NCBI GenBank assembly: GCA_951406725.2
Contig: OX597815.1
Location: 14,260,001-14,324,000, forward strand
Origin: Octopus vulgaris
Lineage: Eukaryota
Direction of reading: 5' to 3'
DNA length: 64,000 bases
Shown here: positions 28,205-40,815 of the stretch, piece after piece
How positions within the stretch are numbered: the stretch's first letter is position 1
Layout of the letters: the number at the start of each line of letters is the position of its first letter
Position numbers and translations under genes: made by a program
The notes under the pieces: model-generated
The model's input: the letters and a program-made list of their open reading frames with translations, nothing else
Database searches by the model: none
What the model was told of the DNA's origin: nothing

Positions 28205-29387
28205 TAAGTTATCTGCATTCAAGTCTCATATCTTACTATCATGCAAATCATAGTTCTAACATATGCAGTCATACAATCTGACCTCCACTCTGGGAGAGAA
28301 GATATTTGTTGCCAATAGGTTTCCGAACGTTTTCTAATCGTACTTAGCGTAACTATTATACTTTGTGAGCAATGTCCTATCCTTCTAATTATGCTTCCTT
28401 GGTAACTGAAGTTTATAGACCACCTCTAACAAGTAGGTCGGGCATTTAAGAGAATCTATTTCCGCTTTACTCATAGAACCTATTATACCAGTGAACTGTC
28501 ACACCGAGGTTTACTTCATCGGTTACCCCGAGAGTAATTTCACCATACCTCCAGTGTATCCACAGTTTACAAAGGGTACAGCATGTGGAACTTATACCTA
28601 CATTTTTCTGCTTATCGCGTAAGGCTATTTCCCTGACGGCATCGGGGTCCTGTCTCCTTTACTCTGTGTTTGTGTGTGTGATATTTGTGTGCTGTTAGGG
28701 GGATGCCTGTGTCTACGCATGTGCGATTGTGCGTGTGTGATACACATCTGGCTATATTGATATTTGAAATTTATGCGTTGCTTAATCGAGCACTGCATTA
28801 AACATTATAATTATGTACGTATCATGTTATCATAACATAAATTCATTATTTTCTTCCATAATTAGATATGAATCACTTTACTGCTTCTCTGAATTACTGA
28901 TTACTGATGTGATACACATAAATCACGAAGGGATATTTATTACGAGATAATATTGATTTATAGCTGAGACGCAATGTTTCAAACTTTGGAAGATGGCACT
29001 TTGTTGGTACTTGCTGTATCGATGCTGGAAGAAATAAAGTCAGGTGACAATTTAAGAAAATAAAACTCGATCGCAAAATAACTCATCGCATTTTCCCGAC
29101 ATTCTTCTGCTTTTCCAACTGAATGAAACGATGAAACTAGTGGTTTTTAACTAGTAGTTTCTTTCGAACTAAAAATAATTAATCTATCATTATGTATAAA
29201 TTAATAGTTTAATTAGGAAAAGGTAACGGCAGTCAGGACATTCCCAGAGTTTCTAAAACTAGTGACATCAACGTTTCTAGTGTTCACCACTACAAGCGTG
29301 TGTGGAGATGTGTGATTTGGGTGCAACTTCAGAGTCAGAGCGTAGAAATTATAACGAAAACATACGAGGCACATGTAATGGAGGGTA

Positions 29388-30662
29388 TTAGGTCGTCGAG
29401 TATGAAATTTGTTGTAAGGTATATGGTAAACTTTTGACAACTGCTCATTTTGCGCCATTATTATATTCTGACAATCTTTACCATTTGTTAGAATGCTGAT
29501 ACATCTATCTCTTTATTCTAACTCATTTTGCATTTTATAAAGTATTTATAAATCAATTTTTGCTATTTTCGTTTAGAGATGGATAAGTCGGAAATTCGTA
29601 CAGTTTTGAAACATGAGTTCTTTCTTGGATATACAGCATCACAGACAGCTAGGAATACTAATGGAGTATTTCATTCTAATGTTATTACACAGCAGATAGT
29701 ATCAAATTGGTTTGCAATATTTCGTTCTGGTAACTTTGGCCTCACAAATGAGGAACGCGGTCGACCAGAATCAAAGTTGGATAATGACGAACTGAAAACC
29801 ACCGTCGAGTCAGATCCATCTCAAAGTGCCTGTAAATTATCGTTGTTGTTTGGTGTTAGCAAGCAAGCAATATTGACTCACCTAGTTCAAACCGGTAAAG
29901 TGAAAATGTTGAGTTCCACGTGAACTCAATGAAAATCAGAAACAGCAACGTTTGGAAGACTGCATTATGCTACTTTCTCGTCACAAAAATTAATCATTTT
30001 TGTATCGAATTGCAACATGGGATGAGAAATGGATCCAACACAACAACCGTAAACGTTCAGCACAATGATTGGACAAAGCTGAAACACAGTCTGAAAAGCA
30101 AAATTCATCAAAAGAAGCTGATGGTGTGCCTTTGGTGGTGTGGCGCAGGTGTGATCCAGTATGATTTTATTAAACCTGACTCATCAATCACGGCCGAGGT
30201 ATATTGCAGTCAACTGGACCAAATGATGCAGAAACTTACAACAAAACAGCCTAGATTAATCAACAGATCCACTCCTATTTTATTGCAAGATAACTCAGAC
30301 CATACATCGCAAAGATGACATTGGCAAAACATAACGGAGTTGGGGTTGGAAGTTCTCCATCATCCACCATACACACCGGATCTTGCTCCCACTGACTAAC
30401 CACGTCTTCCAGAATTTGGATAATTTTTTGATAGGAAAGAAATTTAATTCCAACAATGCTGTAGAACAGCCTTTCCAAGTTTTTATTGAGTCTAGGATTG
30501 CTAGATTTTTACAGTTCCGATCTGGACAAGCTACCGCTGAAATGGCAAAAGTGTATTGACAATGTGGGTGCATATATTTGATGAATAAAACTATTCCTTG
30601 TATTTATAAAACATTAGCAAGTATTTTTTTCTTTCTAAAAATTTCATACTTGACGACTGGAA
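29388..30662 (+). mobile_element. Near full-length mariner (DD34D) transposon with inactivated transposase (29579-~30580)
   Basis: TIRs GTCGTCGAGTATGAAATTT / AAATTTCATACTTGACGAC; HTH N-terminus, TWDEKW, LLQDN and HPPYTPDLAPTD motifs split by frameshifts and stops. Confidence 0.92.
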
Positions 30663-31349
30663 AGATATACAGTTTAATCTAGAAAAAAAGTTTTATGTTA
30701 GTTTCTAGATTGTATCGAAATTAAGATCTGCGTTGAATGAATGTTTTGCGTGAAATAGAACTGTTTGTAATAGAACTCCATTTTTTGTATCACAAACATG
30801 ATGACTTAATACGTTATTTTGATAACCTTGCGATGTTATTTCTATGAATGTTATATAGTATAGAACATTTGAGAGAATAGTTAAGTTGATTTTATTAATA
30901 CTAGCACCTGAGCACATCATCATCAAAAATAAAAAAAACCGGAGTAATAAAAGACAAAGATAGCACTAGTGTGTTATTTGAACGAACAATTTAATGAAAT
31001 GTAAATAAATACTAAGAGTACTACTGACACAAATCACTATTTTAAAATTTAAAAATATGAGAAATAATATTTAATTATTGATGAAGTTTAAATTAGATAT
31101 AATTGAAAATCTATATTCACTTACTTCCTCTTGTTTTTACGCTCGTTATCTGCTGTATCTTATTTATTTAACTATGAATACGATTATTTTCAATGTTTTT
31201 ACTATGTTACTACCTAAGTGACAATAATGAGAGACTATATTGTAACTTAGGCAGACTGACACACATATAGAAACAAGATTACAATTTTTTTCAAGTATTT
31301 TCTAGTTTATGATTAAATATACGGACAGCATTATTATAGATTCTTTTAA

Positions 31350-32100
31350 GGCGGCGAGCTGGCAGAATCGTTAGCACGCCGGGCGAAATACGTAGCCGTA
31401 TTTCGTCTGCCATTACGTTCCGAGTACAAATTCCGCCTAGGTTGACTTTGCCTTTCATCCTTTTGTGGTCGATTAAATAAGTACCAGTTACGCACTGGGG
31501 TCGATGTAATCGACTTAATACCTATGTCTGTCCTTGTTTGTCCCCTCTGTGTTTAGCCCCTTGTGGGTAATAAAGAAATAGGTATTTCGTCTTTCATCTG
31601 CCGTTACGTTCTGAGTTCAAATTCCGCCTAGGTCGACTTTGCCTTCCATTCTTTCGGGGTCGATTAAATAAGTACCAGTTACGCACTGCAGTCAATGTAA
31701 TCGACTTAATCCCTTCGTCTGTCATTGTTTGTGCCCTCTAGGTTTAGCCCCTTGTGGGCAATAAAGAAATGTATAATTGTTTATTTTAGAGAAAAAAAAG
31801 CCGATGTCGACTTTGCCTTTCATCCTTTCGGGGTCGATTGAATAAGTACCATTTACGCACTGGTGTCGGCGTAATCGACTTTATCCGTCTGTCTGTCCTT
31901 GTTTGCCCTCTGTGTTTAGCCCCTTGTGGGTAGTATAGAAATAGGTATTTCGCCTATCTTTACGTTTTGAATTCAAATTCCGCCGTCGCCGACTTTGCCT
32001 TTCATCATTTCGGGATCGATAAATTAAATTGGGGTCTATGTGGTCGACTTACTCCTTCCCCGAAAATTTCGGGCCTTGTGCCTATAGTAGAAAGGATTAT
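31350..32100 (+). mobile_element. SINE B array: head, three Tx1-tailed units, final (ATT)-tailed unit
   Basis: Junctions GAAATA|GGTATTTCG at 31580/31581 and 31943/31944; imperfect outer TSD ATTATTATA.ATTC. Confidence 0.88.
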
Positions 32101-33531
32101 TATAAATTCATTAAGTAAGTACTCAAGCATTTCCACGATCATTCTCTATCCTAGTACACAAACTGCCAGGAGAAAATGCTAAAAGAGGTTAAAGTCCTGT
32201 GCACTTCACGAACAAGAAAGTAAATATGTGTACGCGCGTCTATTTGGGTGTGTATATGCATGCATGCAGACATATGTTTGTATTTAAAAATCTGTTTATA
32301 TATTAGTATCCACTGTCATCTAAATGACTCGAGACGGAATTTCACGTGAAGAATAATGTTACATAAATGACTTTGCTCGTCATTTTGTCTGCTAGCTAAG
32401 GTGAAATATGGTTGTGTGGTGTACGAGTTGGAAATGACTAACGACAAACACTTTCTTCGTAGATCAAGTCCACATCGGATTTCTCAAATTCCACTTACAA
32501 AAGAAAATGTTCTTCTCTTGTGAATTTGTAGTGAAATTAACTTCAGCGGATTAATCTACTCTAAGCATGTAGATCGTAGAGTGTGGGATGACGTCAGAGG
32601 AAGGGGCAGGAGTGACGTGCGCGCAGGCAGGGCAGCATTGGACCTTTTCTATCGAGGTAACCGAAGGAGTTGGACCTGTGAGCGCTTTGTTAAGGTAGGG
32701 GAATAGCAGCTGCTATTTCTAGTGTCCGAGTCGGGCTGCGTGGGAGGGTGCATTACCACTGGAGACGTCTCCATCGAAGAAGAGGAGGTAGGTGTCCTTA
32801 TTTCAAATCTCCCGCAGACACCACATAACAGATGCGAAAGATTATATATTTTTGGCCATCAGGGTGAGCTTCGATCTTTAGGTTTCCTTCATTTGGTTGC
32901 AGCCCTCTTGCATCTGGAGCTCTGAATAGTTCATGTATTTATATATTTTATAATATGTTTACTTGTTAGTTCATATCACGTTTTTATCCTTTTTACTTCT
33001 ACACCTGAGTGCATGTTAACACCTGCACAAAATTGTCCTCTTCATCTGATGTGATACCTCTGTGGCAAATAAAGGAAATCATTATTATTTTATTCTTACT
33101 ATTTTGCAGATCAATACAGTGTCGGGCACAATGCATTGAGGTCCTTGATCTGGCACTTTAAGCTCAGAGTTCAAATCCTGACGCAATCAGCATTACTTTC
33201 CATCCTTTCATCGTCAATGAAATAAAATACCAGTCAAGTACTTGGGTCGGTTGCGTTGGTAAACGCTCTTCAAAAAATTTGAGGACTTGGACCTATGCTA
33301 GAAATATTATTATAGACATTGGCACATCAACTAACTACTCAGGTTCCAGTTTTACTCCTTTTTGTTGGTCTTCATTATTATTTTTCATAGTTATTAAGTT
33401 CCAATGCATGAGGCTGGCGTGGGATTGGAAATTCTCACACGTAAAAGATAGTTTCAACTGGAAAATAAACCTACATTGCAGTGTCAAATCGTCGAACATG
33501 ATGTTGCTCGATTTAGTATCATAGATACGAG

Positions 33532-33921
33532 TGGAGGCGCAATGGCCCAGTGGTTAGGGCAGCAGACTCGCGGTCGTGGGATTGTGGTTTCGATTCCCAG
33601 ACCGGGCGTTGTGAGTGTTTATTGAGCGAAAACACCTATAAAAGCTCCACGACGCTCCGGCAGGGGATGGTGGTGAACCCTGCTGTACTCTTTCACCAAA
33701 ACTTTCTCTCACTCTTTCTTCCTGTTTCTGTTGTACCTGTATTTCAAAGGGCCGGCCTTGTCACTCTCTGAGTCACGCTGAATATCCCCGAGAACTACGT
33801 TAAGGGTACACGTGTCTGTGGAGTGCTCGGCCACTTACACGTTAATTTCACGAGCAGGCTGTTCCGTTGATTCGGATCATACGGAACCCTCGTCGTCGTA
33901 ACCGACGGAGTGCTTCCATCC
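33532..33921 (+). mobile_element. Full-length tRNA-derived SINE family C with 14-bp TSD
   Basis: A box TGGCCCAGTGG, B box GTTTCGATTCC, tail CTTCCATCC; perfect TSD ATCATAGATACGAG at 33518-33531 and 33922-33935. Confidence 0.9.
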
Positions 33922-34186
33922 ATCATAGATACGAGCCAATGAGATGGCCTCTACACGAACGCCTAACTGGCTGGAGATAACAGCCAAGTCTTCCTAAACT
34001 CACAACCTACCATATTAAAAAATGAGGATATATTGGATGTGTAAATAACATAGTTATAGGTACACTGCCTCTAAAGGTAGAGGAGATGGTTACGGATAGA
34101 AGACATTTCATCATAAGGTTGCTCTCATCTGGGGTTAAATCGTAAGTGTCGCCATAAAATTTGGTTTCTTTTGACATAGTGTAATA

Positions 34187-34650
34187 GGTACTACTAGCGA
34201 ACAGTGGTCCCGGTGCGCGCACTCACGCATCCACGCTAGCTAGTCGTAAGTAGTCGATCCTACAACCACTTGCGCGTATGTTTGTATTTCAAGGCTGAAT
34301 ACATATCAAAGAAAATTAAATATTTTTCGAACAAAGTAAATAAAACGCAAAGTAAATATTTTTTTAATTAAGTAAATAAATTATTTTTTAAAACAATGTA
34401 TATAATTTTTTTACACAAATTAAATATTTTTCTAACAAAGCAAATAAAACTCAAAGCAAATAGTTTTTTAAACTAAGTAAATAAATTATTTTTATAAACA
34501 AAGGTTAGGGTTAGGGTTAGGTTTAGGGTTAGGGATAAAAAGTTAGGGTTAGGTTTAGGGTTAAAAAGTTGTTGTAGGATCAACTACTTACGACTAGCTA
34601 GCGCGGATGCGCGAGAGCGCGCAGCGGGACCACTGTTCGCTAGCAGTACC
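34187..34650. mobile_element. Non-autonomous TIR element (MITE), Merlin-like, with internal TTAGGG-type repeats
   Basis: 85-bp TIRs (34187-34271, 34566-34650) starting GGTAC; possible 8-bp TSD GTGTAATA/GTGCAATG; internal ~100-bp direct repeat; GGTTAG repeats at 34503-34563. Confidence 0.85.
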
Positions 34651-36129
34651 GTGCAATGTCCCAGTTTCGAACATTCATGCTTCTCCGATAAGAATTAACC
34701 GACTAATAAGAGTTATATAGCATTAATGATGAGAGCCAAACTGTGTTCGGCTCACGGTTTGTCAAGAAAATTTTGTTCTAGGTTGCTATGAAAGATATTG
34801 ATTTATGATTAATATTGATTTATGCAACTGGTATAGGTTTCTAACATTAGGTATCAATATTGTATCTAGTATCACTAACTTTCAATAAAATCACGACGCA
34901 ATTTCGATTCCTGTTTGCAGCCGTTTTCCATTCACTTCTCTATTGACTCTTGTACAACATTTCAATCACACATCCTCCTATGGCTAAGTGTCTCAATTTG
35001 CGGTACCTGTGTAAGAAACAAATTATTTTTATATCCAGACTACATTATTCCAGCTGAATGTTAATTTTAATTATCACAAAATCAAAAAACAGCCGGAAGG
35101 ATTAAGATATCAATTCTTACTTAATATTCATGGTTTTCTTTTTTAGAATGTTTTATTGTAGATTTTTTTCTTATTGTTGTTATCGTTTTAGATGTTCTTA
35201 TATTTTTCCCTTGTTGTTCTGGGTGATTTTTCAACACGTAAATTATATCTTTAAGAATCTATGAAAAATTACTGTTTGTTTACAATATAATGCACAGCTA
35301 GCAAAATATATATAAATATAAAAGGAATAAATCTTTTTCTGATTTGTTCTTGCTGAGAGATGTCTGCTAAAGTTACTGGTGAATGAAACATAGGTTTATA
35401 AAGGTATAAACGAAACATATTGAGCGACACCACCCTTAAGACATACAAATGACTAAATAATATGTCTGCCTCTATATATTATCACATATCATCAATGTTT
35501 GTATCTGGCTATGAATCAATTTATGCGTATATATGTATATACGTGTGTTTTTATATTACTATAACATTTTGTACAAACACAGTGAAATAGAAATATATCC
35601 ACAATACATGAAGATAAAGACGTAATTAGAAAAGAAGAAAAATCAATAATAAAGAAAGAAAATAGATATAAATATATGTCTATTTGATTGAAAACTGCTG
35701 TAAATTTACAAATCAAATTAATATTAAGATTTTCATGTTTAGCGGTGCGTCTCGTTAAAATACGACTTCAGTGAATTTCTTGTGTTAAAGCGTAGTGACA
35801 AAAATTTAATGAGTACTTGGTTACACACGTAGAGCCGTTTTCACGAAGAAAAAAAAAAATGAAATACTCATGACTATCTTCAGAGATTCTAAGACAGGTG
35901 AAGACAGGTGGCAAAAAATTATCCTCAGATCGAAGACCTCAGATCTCGAATGCTTGCAACAGAATTTGTTCCGCTAGAAGCACTCCAGGAATATATGATG
36001 ATGTTAAACCAAGTAAATATAATACCGAAGAATTACCTTCCACGAACTTTCTAAGAAATTTTAGGAATGAAGAACAGGAAAAAAATATCACAAGATATGT
36101 TATCTAACTCTCAGGCGAATTCTGAGAAA

Positions 36130-37066
36130 AACACAAGGCCAGAAAGTTAGAGAAAGTAGCACAGACGATTTTATTGACTCCTGTACTTGACTAGCATTTA
36201 TTTTATCGATACTGAAACGATGACAGGCATTGTTAGCCTCGGCAGGATTTGATATATAAATGTAATAATAAAATAAAATTTATCATTGTATATTTCTCAC
36301 GTAATTTGTAATTGTATGTATAGTATTACTAATCCTTTCTACTATAGGCACAAGGCCTGAAATTGTGAGGAGGGGGGGACTATTCGATTACATCAGCCAC
36401 AGTGTTTCACTACTACTTAATTTATCGACCCCGAAAGGATGAAAGTTAAAGTTGACCTTGGAGGAATTTGAACTCAGAACGTGGTGACGGCCGAAATACT
36501 GCTAAGCATTTCGTCCACCGTGCAAACGAGTCTTTTGTTTTCTTCTCTAGGCACAAGGCCCGAAATTTTAGGGGAGGGGGCCAGTTGATTAGATCGACCT
36601 CAGTAGGCAACTAATACTTTATTTATCGACCCCGAAAGAATGAAAGGTAAAGTCGACCTCGTCAGAATTTGAACCCAGAACGTAATTACAGAAGAAATGC
36701 CTATTTTTTTTACTGCCCACAAGGGGCTAAACACAGAGAGGAGAAACAAGGACAGACAAACGGATTAAGTCGATTATATCGACCCCAGTGAGTAACTGGT
36801 ACTTATTTAATCGACCCCGAAAATGAAAGGCAAAGTCGACCTCGGCAGAATTTGAACCCAGAACGTAATTACAGAAGAAATACCTATTTTGTTACTGCCC
36901 ACAAGGGGCTAAACACAGAGAGGAGAAACAAGGACAGACAAACGGATTAAGTCGATTATATCGACCCCAGTGAGTAACTGGTACATATTTAATCGACCCG
37001 AAAGAGGAAAGGCAAAGTCGACCTCGGTGGGATTTGAACTCAGAACGTAAAGACAGACGAAATACC
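36130..37066 (-). mobile_element. Tandem array of SINE B units (Tx1-tailed and ATT-tailed)
   Basis: Repeated ATCGACCCCGAAAG.ATGAAAGG cores; tails near 36330, 36540, 36705 and 36890. Confidence 0.88.
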
Positions 37067-38038
37067 GATTTCTTTATTACCCACGAGGGGCTAACATAGA
37101 AAGTACGTGCACAATATCGGGGAACTAAAATTATAAAAAGGAGGCATAAAGAAAGAAGCAAAATTAAAAGAATCATGAAAAAGATGATACAATGAGGCGG
37201 AATGCCCACTCGACCCCCGAAATCGAGTGGTTACATTGAAACCGTTTTACCGTTCAATCATACTTATCTAAAATTCAGCAGTTCAATAACGTAGTCATTT
37301 TGTAGTTCGATATTACATGTCTGTTTTGGCGATTGCTCTCCTTCCCGTATCACCTTCCACAACTCAATACCCTTATCATACTTTTTTACTATCTCCATTT
37401 GTGCCTTATTTAATAATTGACATATAATAGGATCACCGTCTACATCGAAGCATTCCACATCGACCACATCCTTCCACTCGCTCATCAGGCTTACAACACC
37501 ATCCTCCGCGTCCGCATACAAAACGCAAGCAAAACAAACAGGGGGAGAGGGCGCCATATCTACATCATGTGTGTTTGCATTTCTTTTCTGTTTTGTTGTT
37601 CGAGGGGAATAGGTAGGTTTGGTGTTTGCTGGGGAGGGTGTGGCGAAAAGGGAGAGGGAGGGCACAGGGTGGGTTGGGGTTCACAAGTACTTACTTTCTT
37701 TCTTTTTCTTTCTTTTCTCTTCCCGGCTATTTCCCATTCCCTATCTTCTAATACTGGAGTTTCTCTTTCTCTTTCTACTTCTTGTATCCTCTCCTGTGGT
37801 GGTGGCTGTCGGTCTTCTACTATTTTGGGTGGTGGAGGGCAGTTCACTCTTATGTGGACGCCTTTCTGGCGACATTTAAAGCAGCGAGGAATCCTGCCCT
37901 CCGCCCACACTTTCAGGATCAAATCCCCAATCTACAGATTCTCGGGAAGCACTTCGAGGACCTCCACCTCAGCTTGGACGGTAATTTCGATGATTTGTCC
38001 CTTCGATGTTGCTCCTTCCATCACTTCCGCTTGAATTA
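37067..38038 (-). mobile_element. 5'-truncated ORF1-only L1/Tx1-like element 2 (HAL1-like)
   Basis: LKVWAEGRIPRCFKCRQKGVHIRVNCP (CCHC knuckle), then a basic/Pro-rich region, a short 3'UTR with no RT, and tail AGCCCCTCGTGGGTAATAAAGAAATC joined to SINE GGTATTTCG. Confidence 0.75.
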
Positions 38039-38342
38039 CGTAACTGGTACTTATTCAATCGACCCCGAAAGATGAAAGGCAAAGTCGATCTCGGCGGAAT
38101 TTGAAACCCAGAACGCAATTACAGAAGAGATACCAATTTCTTTACTACCCACAAGGGGCTAAACACAGAGAGGATAAACAAAGACAGACAAACGGATTAA
38201 GTCGATTATATCGACCCCAGTGCGTAACTGGTACTTAATTTATCGATCCCGAAAGGATGAAAGGCAAAGTCGACCTCGGCAGAATTTGAACTCAGAACGT
38301 AGCGGCAGACGAAATACCGCTAAGCATTTCGTTCGGCGTGCT
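38039..38342 (-). mobile_element. SINE B units between the two ORF1-only elements
   Basis: AGCACGCCGAACGAAATGCTTAGCGGTATTTCG... unit plus a partial second unit ending at CCAGTTACG. Confidence 0.88.
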
Positions 38343-40331
38343 GATTTCTTTATTTGTTATTTGTTTATTCCCCACAAGGGGCTAAACATAGAGGTGACAA
38401 ACAAAGACAGACAAAACAGCACAGTGGGGGTATAAAACATAGAACGAATGAATGATAAATGGATTATAATAATGAAAATTAAATGTCTAACCTGCTCCCC
38501 ACTCGCAGCAGTGTTATTTAAATGTTTTTGGTTAACGATTGAAATTCAGTTCTTTTTTTTCCTCTTTCTTGCATCGTTTTTTTTTTGTTTTTTCTTTGAA
38601 CGTCACTAACAATTTTTTAAATTTTACTTACATTGGTTCTTCCTTTTTATCATGCTAGGAACGTCATCAAATCTTGGAAGTCCACCACTGGTGGTAATTC
38701 GTCAAATTGAACTCTTAATGCCGTTATCTCTATCTTGTTCCAAAATTGTTCACTTAGTTTCTCACCTCTCGCTCTATCAAGATTGCCTTAGTGTTTACTG
38801 AGTATTCATTCGGTGCTAGTCTTACCATAATTGCTGTTTTTTATTTTTGTAATTTTCTTTTCTATTTCCACAATTTTAGCATATTTTATCATGTCCCATA
38901 TATGGTTTGGCTCTTTTTTCTGCAGTCCTTCTTGCTTTCCCATATTGGTTTCTTTCGATGTTGTTGGTTTGGTACATTTTTTTTTTATCTGTTGGTCTTT
39001 GCAATCCCACTTGCTTTTCCATTTTGACCTCTTTCGTTGCTGCTGGCATCTCCCGACGTGTCTCACTCTCACTTGGTTGTTTGTGCAGTTCCACCTGCTC
39101 CTTCGTCCTAACCTCCCTCGACGCTGCTGGCATCTCCCGTCTTACTTCTTTCCTCTTCTGCAGTTTCACCTGCTCCTCCTCGCTGGTTCCCTCGATGTCG
39201 CTGGACTTCCTTCTGTACTCTCTTTTCTTTTCTTTAGTGGACTCTTGGGTGGTGAGTCCGCATTTCCTTCTCACTTCTTTCTCTTTACCACCATAAACTG
39301 TTCCTCGACATTTTCTGAACTCTTTTCACCTACCGTGTTTTGCACATCGGTGATATGTCCCTTCTCGCCCTGCTGCTCCTGTTCCATTACATCCTTGTTG
39401 TATTTCTGGGGACACTTTGCCACCATGTGTCCCCGTACTCAACATTAGTAGCAGGTTGGAGGTCTTCCCTGCACCACCACTCTCAAAATCACATCTTCCG
39501 GCGGTTTCACCTCCTCTACTATGTTTTGAAGGTCTGGCAAACTGACCTGGATCGAAACCGCCAGTTCGTATCTCCACCAGTCCACCTCTCACGTTTTCAT
39601 CACTTTTAATACTTTTACTTTCTCTTTCATGTTGAAAAGGATGGATTCCACCAGCCACTCTTCTTGGATCTCAGGGGGCACTCTGCCGATACTCACTCTG
39701 GCTACACGTTTTCCACAGTAGGTCGGCAGAAGTACCCACTCTGGTGTTCTCAGCGCCACAGTGGAGTGGTTCATTGCTTCTTGATGATTGGCGAATCTCA
39801 CCTCCACTGTGCCGTACTTCTTCCCTCTTGTATAAAAAGTTGTGAGCTCTTCACTTCTTTTAGGCATTCTTCTATTGCCTCCTCTGTGGCTATTTCAATT
39901 TTCTTTGTCTTCAAGGACAAGGTTCTGTATGCCACTGTCCGCTCCATTATATTTGCTGTAAAACATTCCGGTGGTGTTAACTTTAGGCTGGTACCATACT
40001 TTTCCAAAAGTTCGTTGAATTCTTTCAACCTCTTCTGGTCCATTTTAATTTCTCGCACTTGCAACACATCCGCAGTTAAACTCCTTCCAGTGGATGCCGC
40101 ATAGCTGCCGGCTGGAATTGGTTCACTCTCCATTCTTTCTCCTACTTCATCCATAAATGAGGAGGAAAACAACTATAATATACTGACAAAAACAAACAGT
40201 AACAAATAATTCAAAAATAATGCCTCAACAATAGCTTCACACTTACGGAAGACCTTCAACAATCAAACAAATCCAATTGAATATCTTAGTCACAAAAACA
40301 ACGCGACTCGTTGCAGTCGTTGAAGTTGAAA
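38343..40331 (-). mobile_element. About 2-kb apparently full-length ORF1-only L1/Tx1-like element 1 (HAL1-like), ORF disrupted
   Basis: ORF1 from ~40154 to ~38650: RGKKYGTVEVRF, RVARVSIGRVPPEI, VVVQGRPPTCY*C*VRGHMVAKCP (CCHC knuckle), charged repeat; no endonuclease or RT; tail TTTAGCCCCTTGTGGGGAATAAA. Confidence 0.8.
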
Positions 40332-40741
40332 CACGTGTAGGTTCCAAAAAGATTTTATAGATAACTTAAATAAAATTATGTATGTGTAAAATCTCCGTTT
40401 CCCGAATCCTTATTATAGTGTTACAAAAGAACATACGCAGTCCCGAAAAGGTCATTCGGATTTACCCAGCGAGAAAAGTTACCAGAGGCTAACAGCTTGG
40501 GTACCACATAAGAACCGTTGTGATTAGCCGGCATATGAAACCGACTTGAGAGGAAGCATGGCAATCGCCAGGATGATATATCCCTTTAAAATCATCTTGG
40601 TAATTATGTGTGTGTGTGTATGTGTGTGTGTAATTCTATCTATCAAATTCCCTTACAATGCATTAATCTACTTGAAGCTACAGCAGAGGACATTTCTCAG
40701 GGTGCCGTACACTGAGACTAAAGACGAAGTCATCATCATCG

Positions 40742-40775
<34 letters not shown>

Positions 40776-40815
40776 TATCATTATTATCACTATTATTGTT
40801 GTTATTACTTTGAAA

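Noticed and set aside
29579-30580. Domesticated or active mariner transposase
   Set aside because: Multiple frameshifts and in-frame stops break the catalytic domain.
33532-33610. tRNA-like sequence with A and B boxes
   Set aside because: It is the head of a 390-bp element bounded by a perfect 14-bp TSD, so a SINE rather than a tRNA gene.
34503-34563. Telomere or chromosome-fusion scar
   Set aside because: The tract is short, degenerate and enclosed by transposon TIRs.
37417-39448. Two 205-aa plus-strand ORFs (37417-38034 and 38831-39448)
   Set aside because: They are antisense shadows of the purine-rich minus-strand ORF1 sequences.
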